A DNA stretch of 10,703 nt, from assembly GCA_964447495.1 (NCBI GenBank), contig CAYUTF010000100.1:1-10703 (forward strand), written 5' to 3'. The DNA is from an uncultured archaeon. GTDB taxonomy: Archaea > Asgardarchaeota > Lokiarchaeia > Sigyniarchaeales > SOKP01. Made by a program: the position numbers and the translations under genes. This document shows, piece after piece, positions 1 to 8,138 of the stretch. Position 1 is the first letter of the stretch, and the number at the start of each line of letters is the position of its first letter. The notes beneath the pieces were generated by a model, which was not told the origin of the DNA, ran no database searches, and was given only the letters and a program-made list of their open reading frames with translations.

Positions 1-118
1 GACTATAATAATGAGTAGCAATAAAATTTGATTAAACTTAATATTGGTTGTTTAATTTACTTTAATATCATTATAATATAAAAATTGCGTACTAATAAAG
101 AAAAAGGTTGATCTTAAA

Positions 119-1621
119 ATGAAGGAAAATGAAATTTACGATATAGCCATTATTGGCGCTGGACCAGGAGGTTATCATTCAGCCATTAGAGCTGCTCAAT
201 ATGGAGCCAAAGTAGCACTGATAGAAAAAAACAAATTAGGTGGTACGTGTTTGAATTGGGGCTGTATTCCAACTAAAGCTTTGTATGCTTCAGCACATTT
301 AATCGAAAAATTTCGGGTTGCAGATGATTTTGGTATAGAAGTAAATGACTTTAAACCTAATTTTGTGAAAGCAGTTGAGCGGAAAAATAAAATTGTGAGA
401 GAATTAGAAGAAGGAATTATGAGTCTGCAAAAAGGTTGGAAAAATGATGTGTATAAAGGTCATGGAAAAATAATAGAAGGAAATGCAGACGAAGGTTTTG
501 AATTATCGATAGAAGGAGAGAATAACACAACTATAAAAGCAAGGAGGGTAATAATCGCCACAGGTTCGACTCCGGCATTGATCCCTGCTTTCAATATTGA
601 CCATAAACGAATTCTAACTAGTGATGATATCTTAGAAACTGATTTTAAAACAGTACCTAAAAGTATTGTAATTGTTGGGGCGGGTGTTATTGGATGCGAA
701 TTTGCCAATATATTTGCAAACTTCGGTAGTAGGGTTGAATTACTTGAGTTCCTGCCTAATCCTATTGCTACTGAAGAACCTGTCATTATAAAAGAACTAC
801 AAAAGAAATTGGAATCATTGGGAGTTAAAATTCATACATCTCAAGCAGTTTTATCTGTAGAAAATACGGGTTCTGGTGTGAAGGCTATTACGTGCTCTGC
901 AGATGTTCCACGAGATCAACAGGAAGATGCTGAGAAATTTATCTATGAAGCGGATTTATGTTTAGTCTCGATTGGAAGAGCTAAAGTATCCAGTGATCTA
1001 GGATTAGAGGAAATGGAAATAGAAACGGAAAGAGGAGCTATTAAAGTAAATCCTTCTACTTTAGAGTGCTCTGTTGAAGGTGTTTATGCAATTGGAGATG
1101 TTAATGGAGGAATAATGCTTGCTCATGTGGCGAGTGCTGAAGGAGATGTAGCAGTAGCAAATGCTTTAGCTAGTATGGGTGGATTTCCCGTTAACTCAAC
1201 TGAGATTGATTACGATGTAATTCCCGCAACCATTTTTACTTCCCCGAATATTGCATCTGTCGGATTAAGAAGAAGTCAAGCACGAGAAAAAGGTATTGAT
1301 ATTTTAATGGGGCAATTCCCTTTTTCAGCACTAGGTAAAGCTAAATGCATGGGTGAAGAGGAGGGTTTTATTATGATTCTTGCAGATAAACATGATTACC
1401 GGATCATCGGTGCCTCTTGTATTGGAACTGAAGCGCCGGAATTGATTTCAGAGATTGCTCTCGCGATGAGACATGGATTAACTGTTCAAGATATAGGTGA
1501 GACTATTCATTCACATCCCACTATTTCGGAAATGGTTCTTGAAGGTAGTGAAGCAGTATTGGGAAGAGCTGTTCACAAGAGAGGGCGTCCTATTCTTCCA
1601 AAACCACGTTATGTATATTAA
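119..1621 (+). CDS. lpdA: Dihydrolipoyl dehydrogenase (E3 / glycine-cleavage L protein)
   Basis: FAD motif IIGAGPGGY, redox disulfide GGTCLNWGCIPTK, NAD motif GAGVIGCEFA, C-terminal catalytic HSHPTISE. SD-like AAGGTTGA lies just upstream of the ATG. Confidence 0.96.
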   Translation: MKENEIYDIAIIGAGPGGYHSAIRAAQYGAKVALIEKNKLGGTCLNWGCIPTKALYASAHLIEKFRVADDFGIEVNDFKPNFVKAVERKNKIVRELEEGIMSLQKGWKNDVYKGHGKIIEGNADEGFELSIEGENNTTIKARRVIIATGSTPALIPAFNIDHKRILTSDDILETDFKTVPKSIVIVGAGVIGCEFANIFANFGSRVELLEFLPNPIATEEPVIIKELQKKLESLGVKIHTSQAVLSVENTGSGVKAITCSADVPRDQQEDAEKFIYEADLCLVSIGRAKVSSDLGLEEMEIETERGAIKVNPSTLECSVEGVYAIGDVNGGIMLAHVASAEGDVAVANALASMGGFPVNSTEIDYDVIPATIFTSPNIASVGLRRSQAREKGIDILMGQFPFSALGKAKCMGEEEGFIMILADKHDYRIIGASCIGTEAPELISEIALAMRHGLTVQDIGETIHSHPTISEMVLEGSEAVLGRAVHKRGRPILPKPRYVY

Positions 1622-2670
1622 ATTCTTACTCCTTTTTTTACTAAATCGTCTATTATTTTTTTTGATGTAGAATTTTCTGATAAATCAAGTGGATTTTGCT
1701 TAATACATAAGTATTGAATACGTGGTAAATTTTTTAACGCTATAGGAAGGCTTGTTAACTTATTATCTAGTAAATCTAATGATTCTAATGAAAGTAAATT
1801 TTCAATTGAATGCGGAAAAGTTATAAGTTTATTATGTCGTAAAGCTAATACTTCAAGATTTGTTAAATTTTCTATAGAATCAGGAAATGTTGAAATTAAA
1901 TTATCGTTTAAATACAATTCCAGTAAATTTTTGCAATTTCCTATTGATTCTGGAAGGTATTCTAATACGTTTTTGTTTACTCGTAATATTTCTAAATTTA
2001 TAAGCTTAGTTATTGTATCTGGGAGTCCTCTCAATTTATTCTGATCTAAATTGAGATATTTTAAACTTGTGGCATTTCCTATTTGATCAGGAAGAAATTT
2101 AAGCTGATTGCATTCACAAAAGATTTCTTCAAGGTTTTTAAGATTCCCTATTGAATCGGGAAGAGTAGATAGTTCATTTTCACTTACGATAAGTATTTGA
2201 AGTGCCTCTAAACCTCCAATATCTTCGGGTAATTCATTTAGACCACAATCATTTAAACCAAGTTCGATAACTCGATGATTTATTACTCGAAAGCTCATTT
2301 GGGGGTTATAAGTTTCATCACATATATATTTAAATGTCATATTGAGAGAGCGTTCGAGTTTTTCTAAAATTTTTACTTCAGATTTGAATATTTTTGTCCC
2401 TCTAAAGAGCGAAAGTTCTTTTTCTTCTTCTTTACTTGCAGATATATCTATTTTTTTAGCAGGTTTAAGAAAAGAATCTTTTACCCATCGTTTTTTTCTT
2501 TGATGCATTTCGTAGGATGTGTGTTTTTTTTGTTCTGTTTTTTCAACAGGTATGTTGCCTGTTAAAACACTCGCGATATCTGAATACCTTAAATGATCAA
2601 GAATAAAGTCTAATTTTGATTCAATACTATCTAATTTTTCTCTTATTTTTTTGATTTCTTCATCAATCAT
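1618..2670 (-). CDS. Leucine-rich repeat protein with an N-terminal coiled-coil-like segment
   Basis: Eight consecutive 23-aa repeats of the form LxxLPxxIxxLxxLxxLxLxxNx (aa ~144-327). The N-terminus has heptad-like periodicity (IDEEIKKIREKLDSIESKLDFILDHL). Confidence 0.93.
   Translation of the reverse strand: MIDEEIKKIREKLDSIESKLDFILDHLRYSDIASVLTGNIPVEKTEQKKHTSYEMHQRKKRWVKDSFLKPAKKIDISASKEEEKELSLFRGTKIFKSEVKILEKLERSLNMTFKYICDETYNPQMSFRVINHRVIELGLNDCGLNELPEDIGGLEALQILIVSENELSTLPDSIGNLKNLEEIFCECNQLKFLPDQIGNATSLKYLNLDQNKLRGLPDTITKLINLEILRVNKNVLEYLPESIGNCKNLLELYLNDNLISTFPDSIENLTNLEVLALRHNKLITFPHSIENLLSLESLDLLDNKLTSLPIALKNLPRIQYLCIKQNPLDLSENSTSKKIIDDLVKKGVRI
1690..2241 (-). repeat. Coding tandem repeat: 8 x 69-nt (23-aa) LRR units
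   Basis: Units begin LNELPEDIGG, LSTLPDSIGN, LKFLPDQIGN, LRGLPDTITK, LEYLPESIGN, ISTFPDSIEN, LITFPHSIEN, LTSLPIALKN, with an exact 23-aa period. Confidence 0.9.
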
Positions 2671-2771
2671 TACGATTTACTTTACTCAATCAGATTATTT
2701 TTAATTGATATTACAAGATTTTTAAAATTTCATACTATTAAATAATTTTTTACTAATTTTTAAAACAATTT

Positions 2772-2785
2772 AAAAAAAAAAAGAA
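2772..2785 (-). terminator. Archaeal-type oligo(U) terminator closing the redox operon
   Basis: On the minus strand the TAA stop (2788-2786) is followed directly by TTC and then 11 T residues (A-run at 2772-2782 on +), with no GC hairpin before it. Confidence 0.55.
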
Positions 2786-3994
2786 TTATTGTTTATAATT
2801 TCCATAAATCTTTGTGGGAATCCAGTCTTCTCCAACATAATGATACATTTTTTCATATAGTGCTCCTGTTGGACATGCATATACACATGCTAAACAAGTA
2901 ACGCAATCAGTATCACTTAATTTTTGATTCAATCCAGCAGACACAATAGTTCTTGCCCCGCGATTTGCAAATCCAAAATTATGTATTCCCGCAACCTCTT
3001 CACACGTACGAATACATCTACCACAGAGCAAACATCGATTTGGATCCAAGATAAAAGCATCGCTAGAAATATCGAGTGGCAAAAGTTGTTTATTTAGTTT
3101 ATATCGAATAGTATCTATCCCAAATTGATGGATTAGATCCTGTAATTCGCACTTAGTGTTACTCGGACAGAATAGACAATTATGTTCGTGAGCAGCGAGA
3201 ATTAGTTCCAGAATCATGCGACGATATTTATAGAGTTCGTTGTCATCAGTAATTATTTTCATTCCTTCTGATACAGTGGTGGTACACGATGGCACAAGCC
3301 CACGCATACCTTCAACTTTCACTAAGCAAAGTCGACAAGCTCCGACTGATTTTAAACATTCCTTAAAACATAAATGAGGAATTTTAAATCCATGCTCTTC
3401 ACAAGCTACTAATAAATTTTCCCCTTGTTTACTTTGGTACTTTTTTCCATTAATAGTGATCTCTACTAAATTATCTTGAGGAACCTTTCCTATATCTGCA
3501 TCGAAAAAGGTGTCATAAAGACCTAATTGCTGAGCTACATCCTTTAGGGATATTCCTTCAGCTTTGGGTTCTAAAGGTATATCATCATACGGATTTGTAA
3601 GTAATGTGCCTCTCTTTTCAGAGATGTTTCCTACTCCTACAGTTTTAAAGGTTTTTATAATTTTTTTATCTTTAAATTTCTCTTCTACACATTCCCAACC
3701 CTCTTCACAAGCAATCACAATTATGACTGTTGCTTGATCAAATATCTTCTTTTTCTCTTGATTTACTAAACGATCATCAATGAGTTCTGGTACACAAGAC
3801 ACGCTTATTAATTCTTTTTTCAGCACATTATAGCCATCATGGGTCAACATCTTTTCCAGAATTTTCATATTTTTAAAACCGCCAAGGCCCATGAATCTTA
3901 TACAGGTATCACAGCTCCATATTACTATTTTATCATCCTTTGATAACTGTTTCTTTAAATCGTCATAAGATAAAGATCTTAGTGATATAATCAT
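2786..3994 (-). CDS. Fusion of a MetV-N-terminal-like Cys domain and a HoxU/HydA-N/NuoG-N-like Fe-S relay ([2Fe-2S], His/3Cys [4Fe-4S], 2x[4Fe-4S]), without a catalytic domain
   Basis: C-terminal half: LCFKECLKSVGACRLC..PSC, HEHNCLFCPSNTKCELQ, CLLCGRCIRTC, CVTCLACVYACPTGAL, then a stop about 23 aa later. N-terminal half: MIIS..SCDTC..LGG..SC..IACEEG. ATG 3994 is preferred over the track's GTG 4012 because it overlaps the upstream TGA (ATGA) and follows GGTGGAGGG. Confidence 0.85.
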   Translation of the reverse strand: MIISLRSLSYDDLKKQLSKDDKIVIWSCDTCIRFMGLGGFKNMKILEKMLTHDGYNVLKKELISVSCVPELIDDRLVNQEKKKIFDQATVIIVIACEEGWECVEEKFKDKKIIKTFKTVGVGNISEKRGTLLTNPYDDIPLEPKAEGISLKDVAQQLGLYDTFFDADIGKVPQDNLVEITINGKKYQSKQGENLLVACEEHGFKIPHLCFKECLKSVGACRLCLVKVEGMRGLVPSCTTTVSEGMKIITDDNELYKYRRMILELILAAHEHNCLFCPSNTKCELQDLIHQFGIDTIRYKLNKQLLPLDISSDAFILDPNRCLLCGRCIRTCEEVAGIHNFGFANRGARTIVSAGLNQKLSDTDCVTCLACVYACPTGALYEKMYHYVGEDWIPTKIYGNYKQ

Positions 3995-4389
3995 GTTTTT
4001 GGAACCCTCCACCTTTTTGTATTTGTTTTTGAATCAACTATTATTTCTGTGCCTCGATCTTGTAATGCAGGCACGATTTTTTTATCCGGAAAATGTGTTG
4101 TAGCATTTGCACATCCACAAGAACATGCAAGCATTACTAAGGTGTTAACACTGGGATGTAATTCTACATTTTCTATGTAGGAATCTACACAAGGCATTGT
4201 AATCAAAAAACCATCAACAACGTTGAAACTGTCTTTTCTCAATCTATTTGCCAGCATCCTTAGCTTTTTCTCTCCTCCTGTATTCGAAAGACGCGTACAG
4301 GTATTACAACTAATCACAGAAATTACATCCTTCTTAAGATCGAGTTTTCCTTTTATTTCATCATACTTAGCTGGTCTTGTCTTGTTCAA
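3991..4389 (-). CDS. Small stand-alone MetV-N-terminal-like cysteine domain protein (putative Fe-S or metal binding)
   Basis: Pattern SCNTC-x5-TGGEKK...PC...VMLACSCG...FPDKKIVPAL resembles, by recall, the N-terminal domain of MetV (GCxxC..TGGExE..C..LACGxG..P.hhPAL). The TTG start overlaps the upstream TGA (TTGA) and follows AGGAG. It is clearly paralogous to the N-terminus of the next gene. Confidence 0.75.
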   Translation of the reverse strand: MNKTRPAKYDEIKGKLDLKKDVISVISCNTCTRLSNTGGEKKLRMLANRLRKDSFNVVDGFLITMPCVDSYIENVELHPSVNTLVMLACSCGCANATTHFPDKKIVPALQDRGTEIIVDSKTNTKRWRVPKT

Positions 4390-7300
4390 GTTTTCTCATC
4401 TCCTTTTTTTACATCACATCTTAAACATCTAAGGGCTTCCGTAATAGCCTGTCCTTTTGAAAATGTTTGAACTATTTCTTTAAAGTTTTGAACTCTTTCT
4501 TCTAATGGTAATTCAAGAGGGATGTTTCTATTTCCACTTTCAGGCTCTTCCGGAACTTCTGCTTTATAAAAGAACTTTTTAAATAATTTGTTGAAATTGT
4601 CTTTTCCGGTTAGGAAAATATTAATACCTTTAGCGGCATTTTTCCCTTCACCCATTGCCTCTGCACAAGTAGACGGACCAATGATAAAGTCGCCCCCCGC
4701 AAATACTTCAGGAATATTAGTCTGATGTGATAACGGATCTATTGCGATTTTGTCCCGTTGTTTAATTTCAATACCCGAATCTTTAATGAATTCCATTTTT
4801 ACTTTTTCACCAATGGCTTTAATTACCGTATCACAGGGAAATTTAAAGGTTTCACCATCAGGTAATGATTTTAATCTTCCAGACCAATCACATTCGCCAC
4901 ATTTCATTTTCATTAATTCGATTGATTTCACATGATTATTTGATCCAAGGATGTTTTCAGGAGAAACCATGTACATGAAATTTATGCCTTCCTGCTCTGC
5001 TTCTTCAATTTCAGCAATTAAAGCGGGCATATCCCATTTATGACGACGATATGCAATTGTCACTTGAGCTCCAAGTCTAAGTGCAGATCTTGCGGCATCA
5101 ATTGCAGAATTACCTCCTCCAACAACAATGACTTTTCTACCTATTCCAGCAGGTTCATTCTTCGCTATCTTCTCTAATACATCAATCCCTGAAATTACAC
5201 CCTCTAAATCTTCACCCCCACATCTAAGTGGTAGATCTAAATGGGCACCAATGGCTATAAATATGGCATCATATTCATCCTTTAATGATTTAATAGATAT
5301 TTTATCTCCTATTTCGCTATTAAAAAGAAAGTTTGCGCCTAATTGTTCAACAAAACCAATTTCACGATCAAGTACATCTCTTGGTAGTCGATATGGAGGA
5401 ATTGCATATCGTAAAAAACCCCCAGCTTCAGCTCTCTTTTCATAGATATCGACTTTATGTCCTAATCTTAGTAAGTAAAAAGCCGCACTTAATCCCGCTG
5501 GTCCAGAACCAATAATCGCAACTTTTTTACCGGTCGGCGGTAATTTTTCTATGATTAATTTTTTAATTATAGCCTCATCTTTATTCTTTGCATAAGTTGT
5601 ATCTGCAATATACCTATGAAGCTCTCTCGTACTTACCGCTCCGTCAATATCTGTTCTTCTGCATTTAACATTACAATGTGCTCTACAAATTCTTCCAGTT
5701 GATGCAGGTAAACAATTATCAAGTAAAATACACTCAAATGATTCTTCAAGGCGATCTTCTTTGAATAATTGGATAAATCCAGGTATGTTTATATGTAATG
5801 GGCAACTATTTGTACAGTTTGATTGAAAGAGTTTTTGACATACACCTGCACTACAACGATGCTCAATAATATGTTCTTTATACTCATTAAGGAAATATTT
5901 AAGCGTTGTTAATACAGGATTTGGAGCGGTTTGCCCCAGTGCACATAATGAGCAATTTTTAATCATATAACTTAACTCCTCGAGTATATCCAAGTCTGCA
6001 AGTTTTGCTGTACCATCACAAACAGAATTTAATATCTTTAGAGCTTGAGGTAATCCCTCGCGACAAGGAACACATTTACCACATGATTCAGATGCTGTAA
6101 ATGTAACGAAATATCGAGCAATATCACACATACAATTAAACTCATCCATTACTACAACTCCACCACTCCCCATAATTGCTCCTATCCCTGTAAGTGATTC
6201 ATAATCAACAGGTGTACTGAGTAAATCTTTAGGAATACATCCCCCTGAAGGTCCTCCCAATTGAACTGCTTTAATATCCTTAACACTTGAACTACCTCCT
6301 CCTATATTGAAAATCATCTTATCTAATTCTGTACCAAGTGGAATTTCAACTAAACCTGTGTTTTTTACAGTTCCCACTAAAGAAAATACTTTGGTTCCTG
6401 TACAAGTAGGAATCCCTATAGAACTAAACCATTCTCCACCTTTATTTATAATAACAGGAATATTGCTCCACGACTCAACATTATTTATATTAGTTGGTTG
6501 GCCCCAGAGTCCTTTATTTGCTGGAAAGGGGGGTCTAGGTCTTGGTCTACCAGCAGAGTTTTCGATAGAAGCAATAAGTGCCGTCTCTTCTCCACATACA
6601 AACGCTCCCGCACCCTCAACCATATCAATATCAAAAGAAAACTTCGATCCTAAAATATTTTTACCCAGAAACCCATACTCGCGTGCTTGTAGAATAGCTT
6701 CACGAAGTCTTCTAACTGCTAGTGGATATTCAGCACGACAATATATAATCCCTTCTGTTGCTCCCATTGCATAAGCTCCGATAATCATCCCTTCTAAAAC
6801 CATGTGTGGATCGCCTTCCATCTCATTTCGATTCATATATGCTCCGGGATCACCCTCATCTGCATTACAAATAATATATTTATGACTATCTTCTGATTTT
6901 GCACCGCGCATAAATTTCCATTTCAGAGCAGTAGGGAATCCTGCGCCTCCCCGTCCTCTTAGCTTTGCTTTTTCTACTTCCGCAATTACTTGCTCTGGTG
7001 AAAAATTGTTAAGCACTTTATCTAATGCGGAATATCCCCCTACTCCAATGTATTCTTCAATATCATCTGGATTAATTAAACCGCAATGGCGTAATACGAT
7101 TTTTTCTTGTCTTCCAAAATATGGTAGTTCTTTCCATACCTTAATATTTTCATAATTTTTTCCAATTTCAATTTTCTCGGGAAGATTAAGAAAATCCCAC
7201 TCTTCTATTTTGCAAAGCGCTAAATCTTCAGGAATTTCTTTATGTCTTACAAAATCGATAATTTTATCAACATTATAATATTTTACTTGATTCAATAGGA

Positions 7301-7556
7301 CAATAGGATTACCAGGAATATGGATAGATAGAATTGGTTCTTCAAAACAACAACCAAAACAACCCACCGGAACAAGATCAACTTTTGCTTTTATTTTTGT
7401 CGGGATATCCTTTTTCAATTTTTCATATACTTTATCTGCGCCATTTCCAGTCCCACATGTTCCAACTCCTACCGTGACTCGGACATTTTCAGAAAAAATT
7501 TTTTTGAATCCTACTTCTTGAAGGCTTTTAAGCATTTTACTATTCTTTACGATCAT
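4386..7556 (-). CDS. nuoF: NuoF/HydB/HoxF-like FMN-NAD(H) subunit fused to a C-terminal GltD/NfnL-like FAD-NADP(H) oxidoreductase
   Basis: N-terminal thioredoxin-like domain (GTCG..VGCFGCC..EP), LRGRGGAGFPT, CNADEGDPGAYMNR, GAGAFVCGEETAL, GGPSGG, ESCGKCVPCREG..SLCALG, H..CSAGVC. From ~5830 onward: CTNSCPLH, GRICRAHCNVKC, GSGPAGL, GGGNSAIDAAR, AYRR, FAGGD and a terminal EALRCLRCD. An alternative start at ATG 7535 is possible. Confidence 0.92.
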   Translation of the reverse strand: MIVKNSKMLKSLQEVGFKKIFSENVRVTVGVGTCGTGNGADKVYEKLKKDIPTKIKAKVDLVPVGCFGCCFEEPILSIHIPGNPIVLLNQVKYYNVDKIIDFVRHKEIPEDLALCKIEEWDFLNLPEKIEIGKNYENIKVWKELPYFGRQEKIVLRHCGLINPDDIEEYIGVGGYSALDKVLNNFSPEQVIAEVEKAKLRGRGGAGFPTALKWKFMRGAKSEDSHKYIICNADEGDPGAYMNRNEMEGDPHMVLEGMIIGAYAMGATEGIIYCRAEYPLAVRRLREAILQAREYGFLGKNILGSKFSFDIDMVEGAGAFVCGEETALIASIENSAGRPRPRPPFPANKGLWGQPTNINNVESWSNIPVIINKGGEWFSSIGIPTCTGTKVFSLVGTVKNTGLVEIPLGTELDKMIFNIGGGSSSVKDIKAVQLGGPSGGCIPKDLLSTPVDYESLTGIGAIMGSGGVVVMDEFNCMCDIARYFVTFTASESCGKCVPCREGLPQALKILNSVCDGTAKLADLDILEELSYMIKNCSLCALGQTAPNPVLTTLKYFLNEYKEHIIEHRCSAGVCQKLFQSNCTNSCPLHINIPGFIQLFKEDRLEESFECILLDNCLPASTGRICRAHCNVKCRRTDIDGAVSTRELHRYIADTTYAKNKDEAIIKKLIIEKLPPTGKKVAIIGSGPAGLSAAFYLLRLGHKVDIYEKRAEAGGFLRYAIPPYRLPRDVLDREIGFVEQLGANFLFNSEIGDKISIKSLKDEYDAIFIAIGAHLDLPLRCGGEDLEGVISGIDVLEKIAKNEPAGIGRKVIVVGGGNSAIDAARSALRLGAQVTIAYRRHKWDMPALIAEIEEAEQEGINFMYMVSPENILGSNNHVKSIELMKMKCGECDWSGRLKSLPDGETFKFPCDTVIKAIGEKVKMEFIKDSGIEIKQRDKIAIDPLSHQTNIPEVFAGGDFIIGPSTCAEAMGEGKNAAKGINIFLTGKDNFNKLFKKFFYKAEVPEEPESGNRNIPLELPLEERVQNFKEIVQTFSKGQAITEALRCLRCDVKKGDEKT

Positions 7557-8133
7557 TAGAATTCATCTCTTTTTTCTTCTTTTTCTTTTCTTTTTCTTCC
7601 TTTCTAATTTTTTCTATCAAATTCTTCAATTTTTCTGTATTCATATGGGCATGTATTTCTCCATCAAGTTCCATAACAGGAGATAAGGCACATTGACCAA
7701 AACACGCAATGGTCCTTACTGTAAACATTCTGTCAGGAGTTGTAATAAAAATTTTTTCATTTTCATTTATTTCCTCTTCGATGTTTAAATAATCGATCAA
7801 AAACTCTAAAAGAAAGCGAGATCGTTTCGTATGACATGCCGTACCTCTACAAATAGTTATGCAATGTTCACCCTCGGGAATAAGATTGAAAAACGAGAAA
7901 AATGTAACTACGCTAAATATTTTTGCAGTATGAATATTGAGTTTTTCTCCAATATATTGTATTGTATTCATTGGTAAATAATGATAACGATTTAATTTTT
8001 GAACTTCCTCAAGAATCAATAATAACTCACCAGGTTTATTCCGATATTTTGCAATTACTTTATCAACTTCTCCTTGTTCTACTTCAAATTCTATTAATTC
8101 AAATTTATTTTTTTTTTCTATTTTTGCTTCCAT
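7540..8133 (-). CDS. nuoE: NuoE/HydC/HoxE-like [2Fe-2S] subunit
   Basis: LLLILEEVQ..YLP, VVTFFSFF, ICRGTACH and ACFGQCALSPVM supply four Cys ligands. SD GGAGGGAG lies upstream of the ATG. The C-terminal tail is Lys-rich. Confidence 0.92.
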   Translation of the reverse strand: MEAKIEKKNKFELIEFEVEQGEVDKVIAKYRNKPGELLLILEEVQKLNRYHYLPMNTIQYIGEKLNIHTAKIFSVVTFFSFFNLIPEGEHCITICRGTACHTKRSRFLLEFLIDYLNIEEEINENEKIFITTPDRMFTVRTIACFGQCALSPVMELDGEIHAHMNTEKLKNLIEKIRKEEKEKKKKKKEMNSNDRKE

Positions 8134-8138
8134 TTTTA

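Noticed and set aside
1-118. TATA-like TTATAATA (71-78) upstream of lpdA
   Set aside because: Plausible promoter, but several equivalent AT-rich candidates exist and none can be singled out.
460-786. 108-aa minus-strand ORF
   Set aside because: Antisense shadow inside lpdA with no recognisable motifs.
3995-4012. GTG 4012 start given by the ORF track
   Set aside because: That GTG is part of the SD-like GGTGGAGGG. ATG 3994 gives an ATGA overlap and a MetV-like MIIS N-terminus.
3991-4388. Selenocysteine read-through at the two TGA stops (4388-4386 and 3993-3991)
   Set aside because: Read-through meets TAA after 10 and 3 codons respectively. The downstream genes are in other frames and have their own SD and start codons, and neither TGA sits at a Cys motif position.
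4223-6774. Plus-strand ORFs 4223-4432, 4750-4935, 5128-5445, 5333-5515 and 6307-6774
   Set aside because: All lie antisense to well-supported genes and have the Ser/Pro/Ile/Phe-rich composition typical of shadow frames.
7560-7610. A-rich (poly-Lys) tract at the end of nuoE as a frameshift or slippage site fusing nuoE and nuoF
   Set aside because: Both genes are complete with normal stop and start codons. A low-complexity charged tail explains the tract.
2786-8133. Calling the operon respiratory complex I, an [FeFe]/[NiFe] hydrogenase, formate dehydrogenase or glutamate synthase
   Set aside because: The window has no membrane Nuo subunits, H-cluster motifs, NiFe large subunit, molybdopterin domain or GltB.
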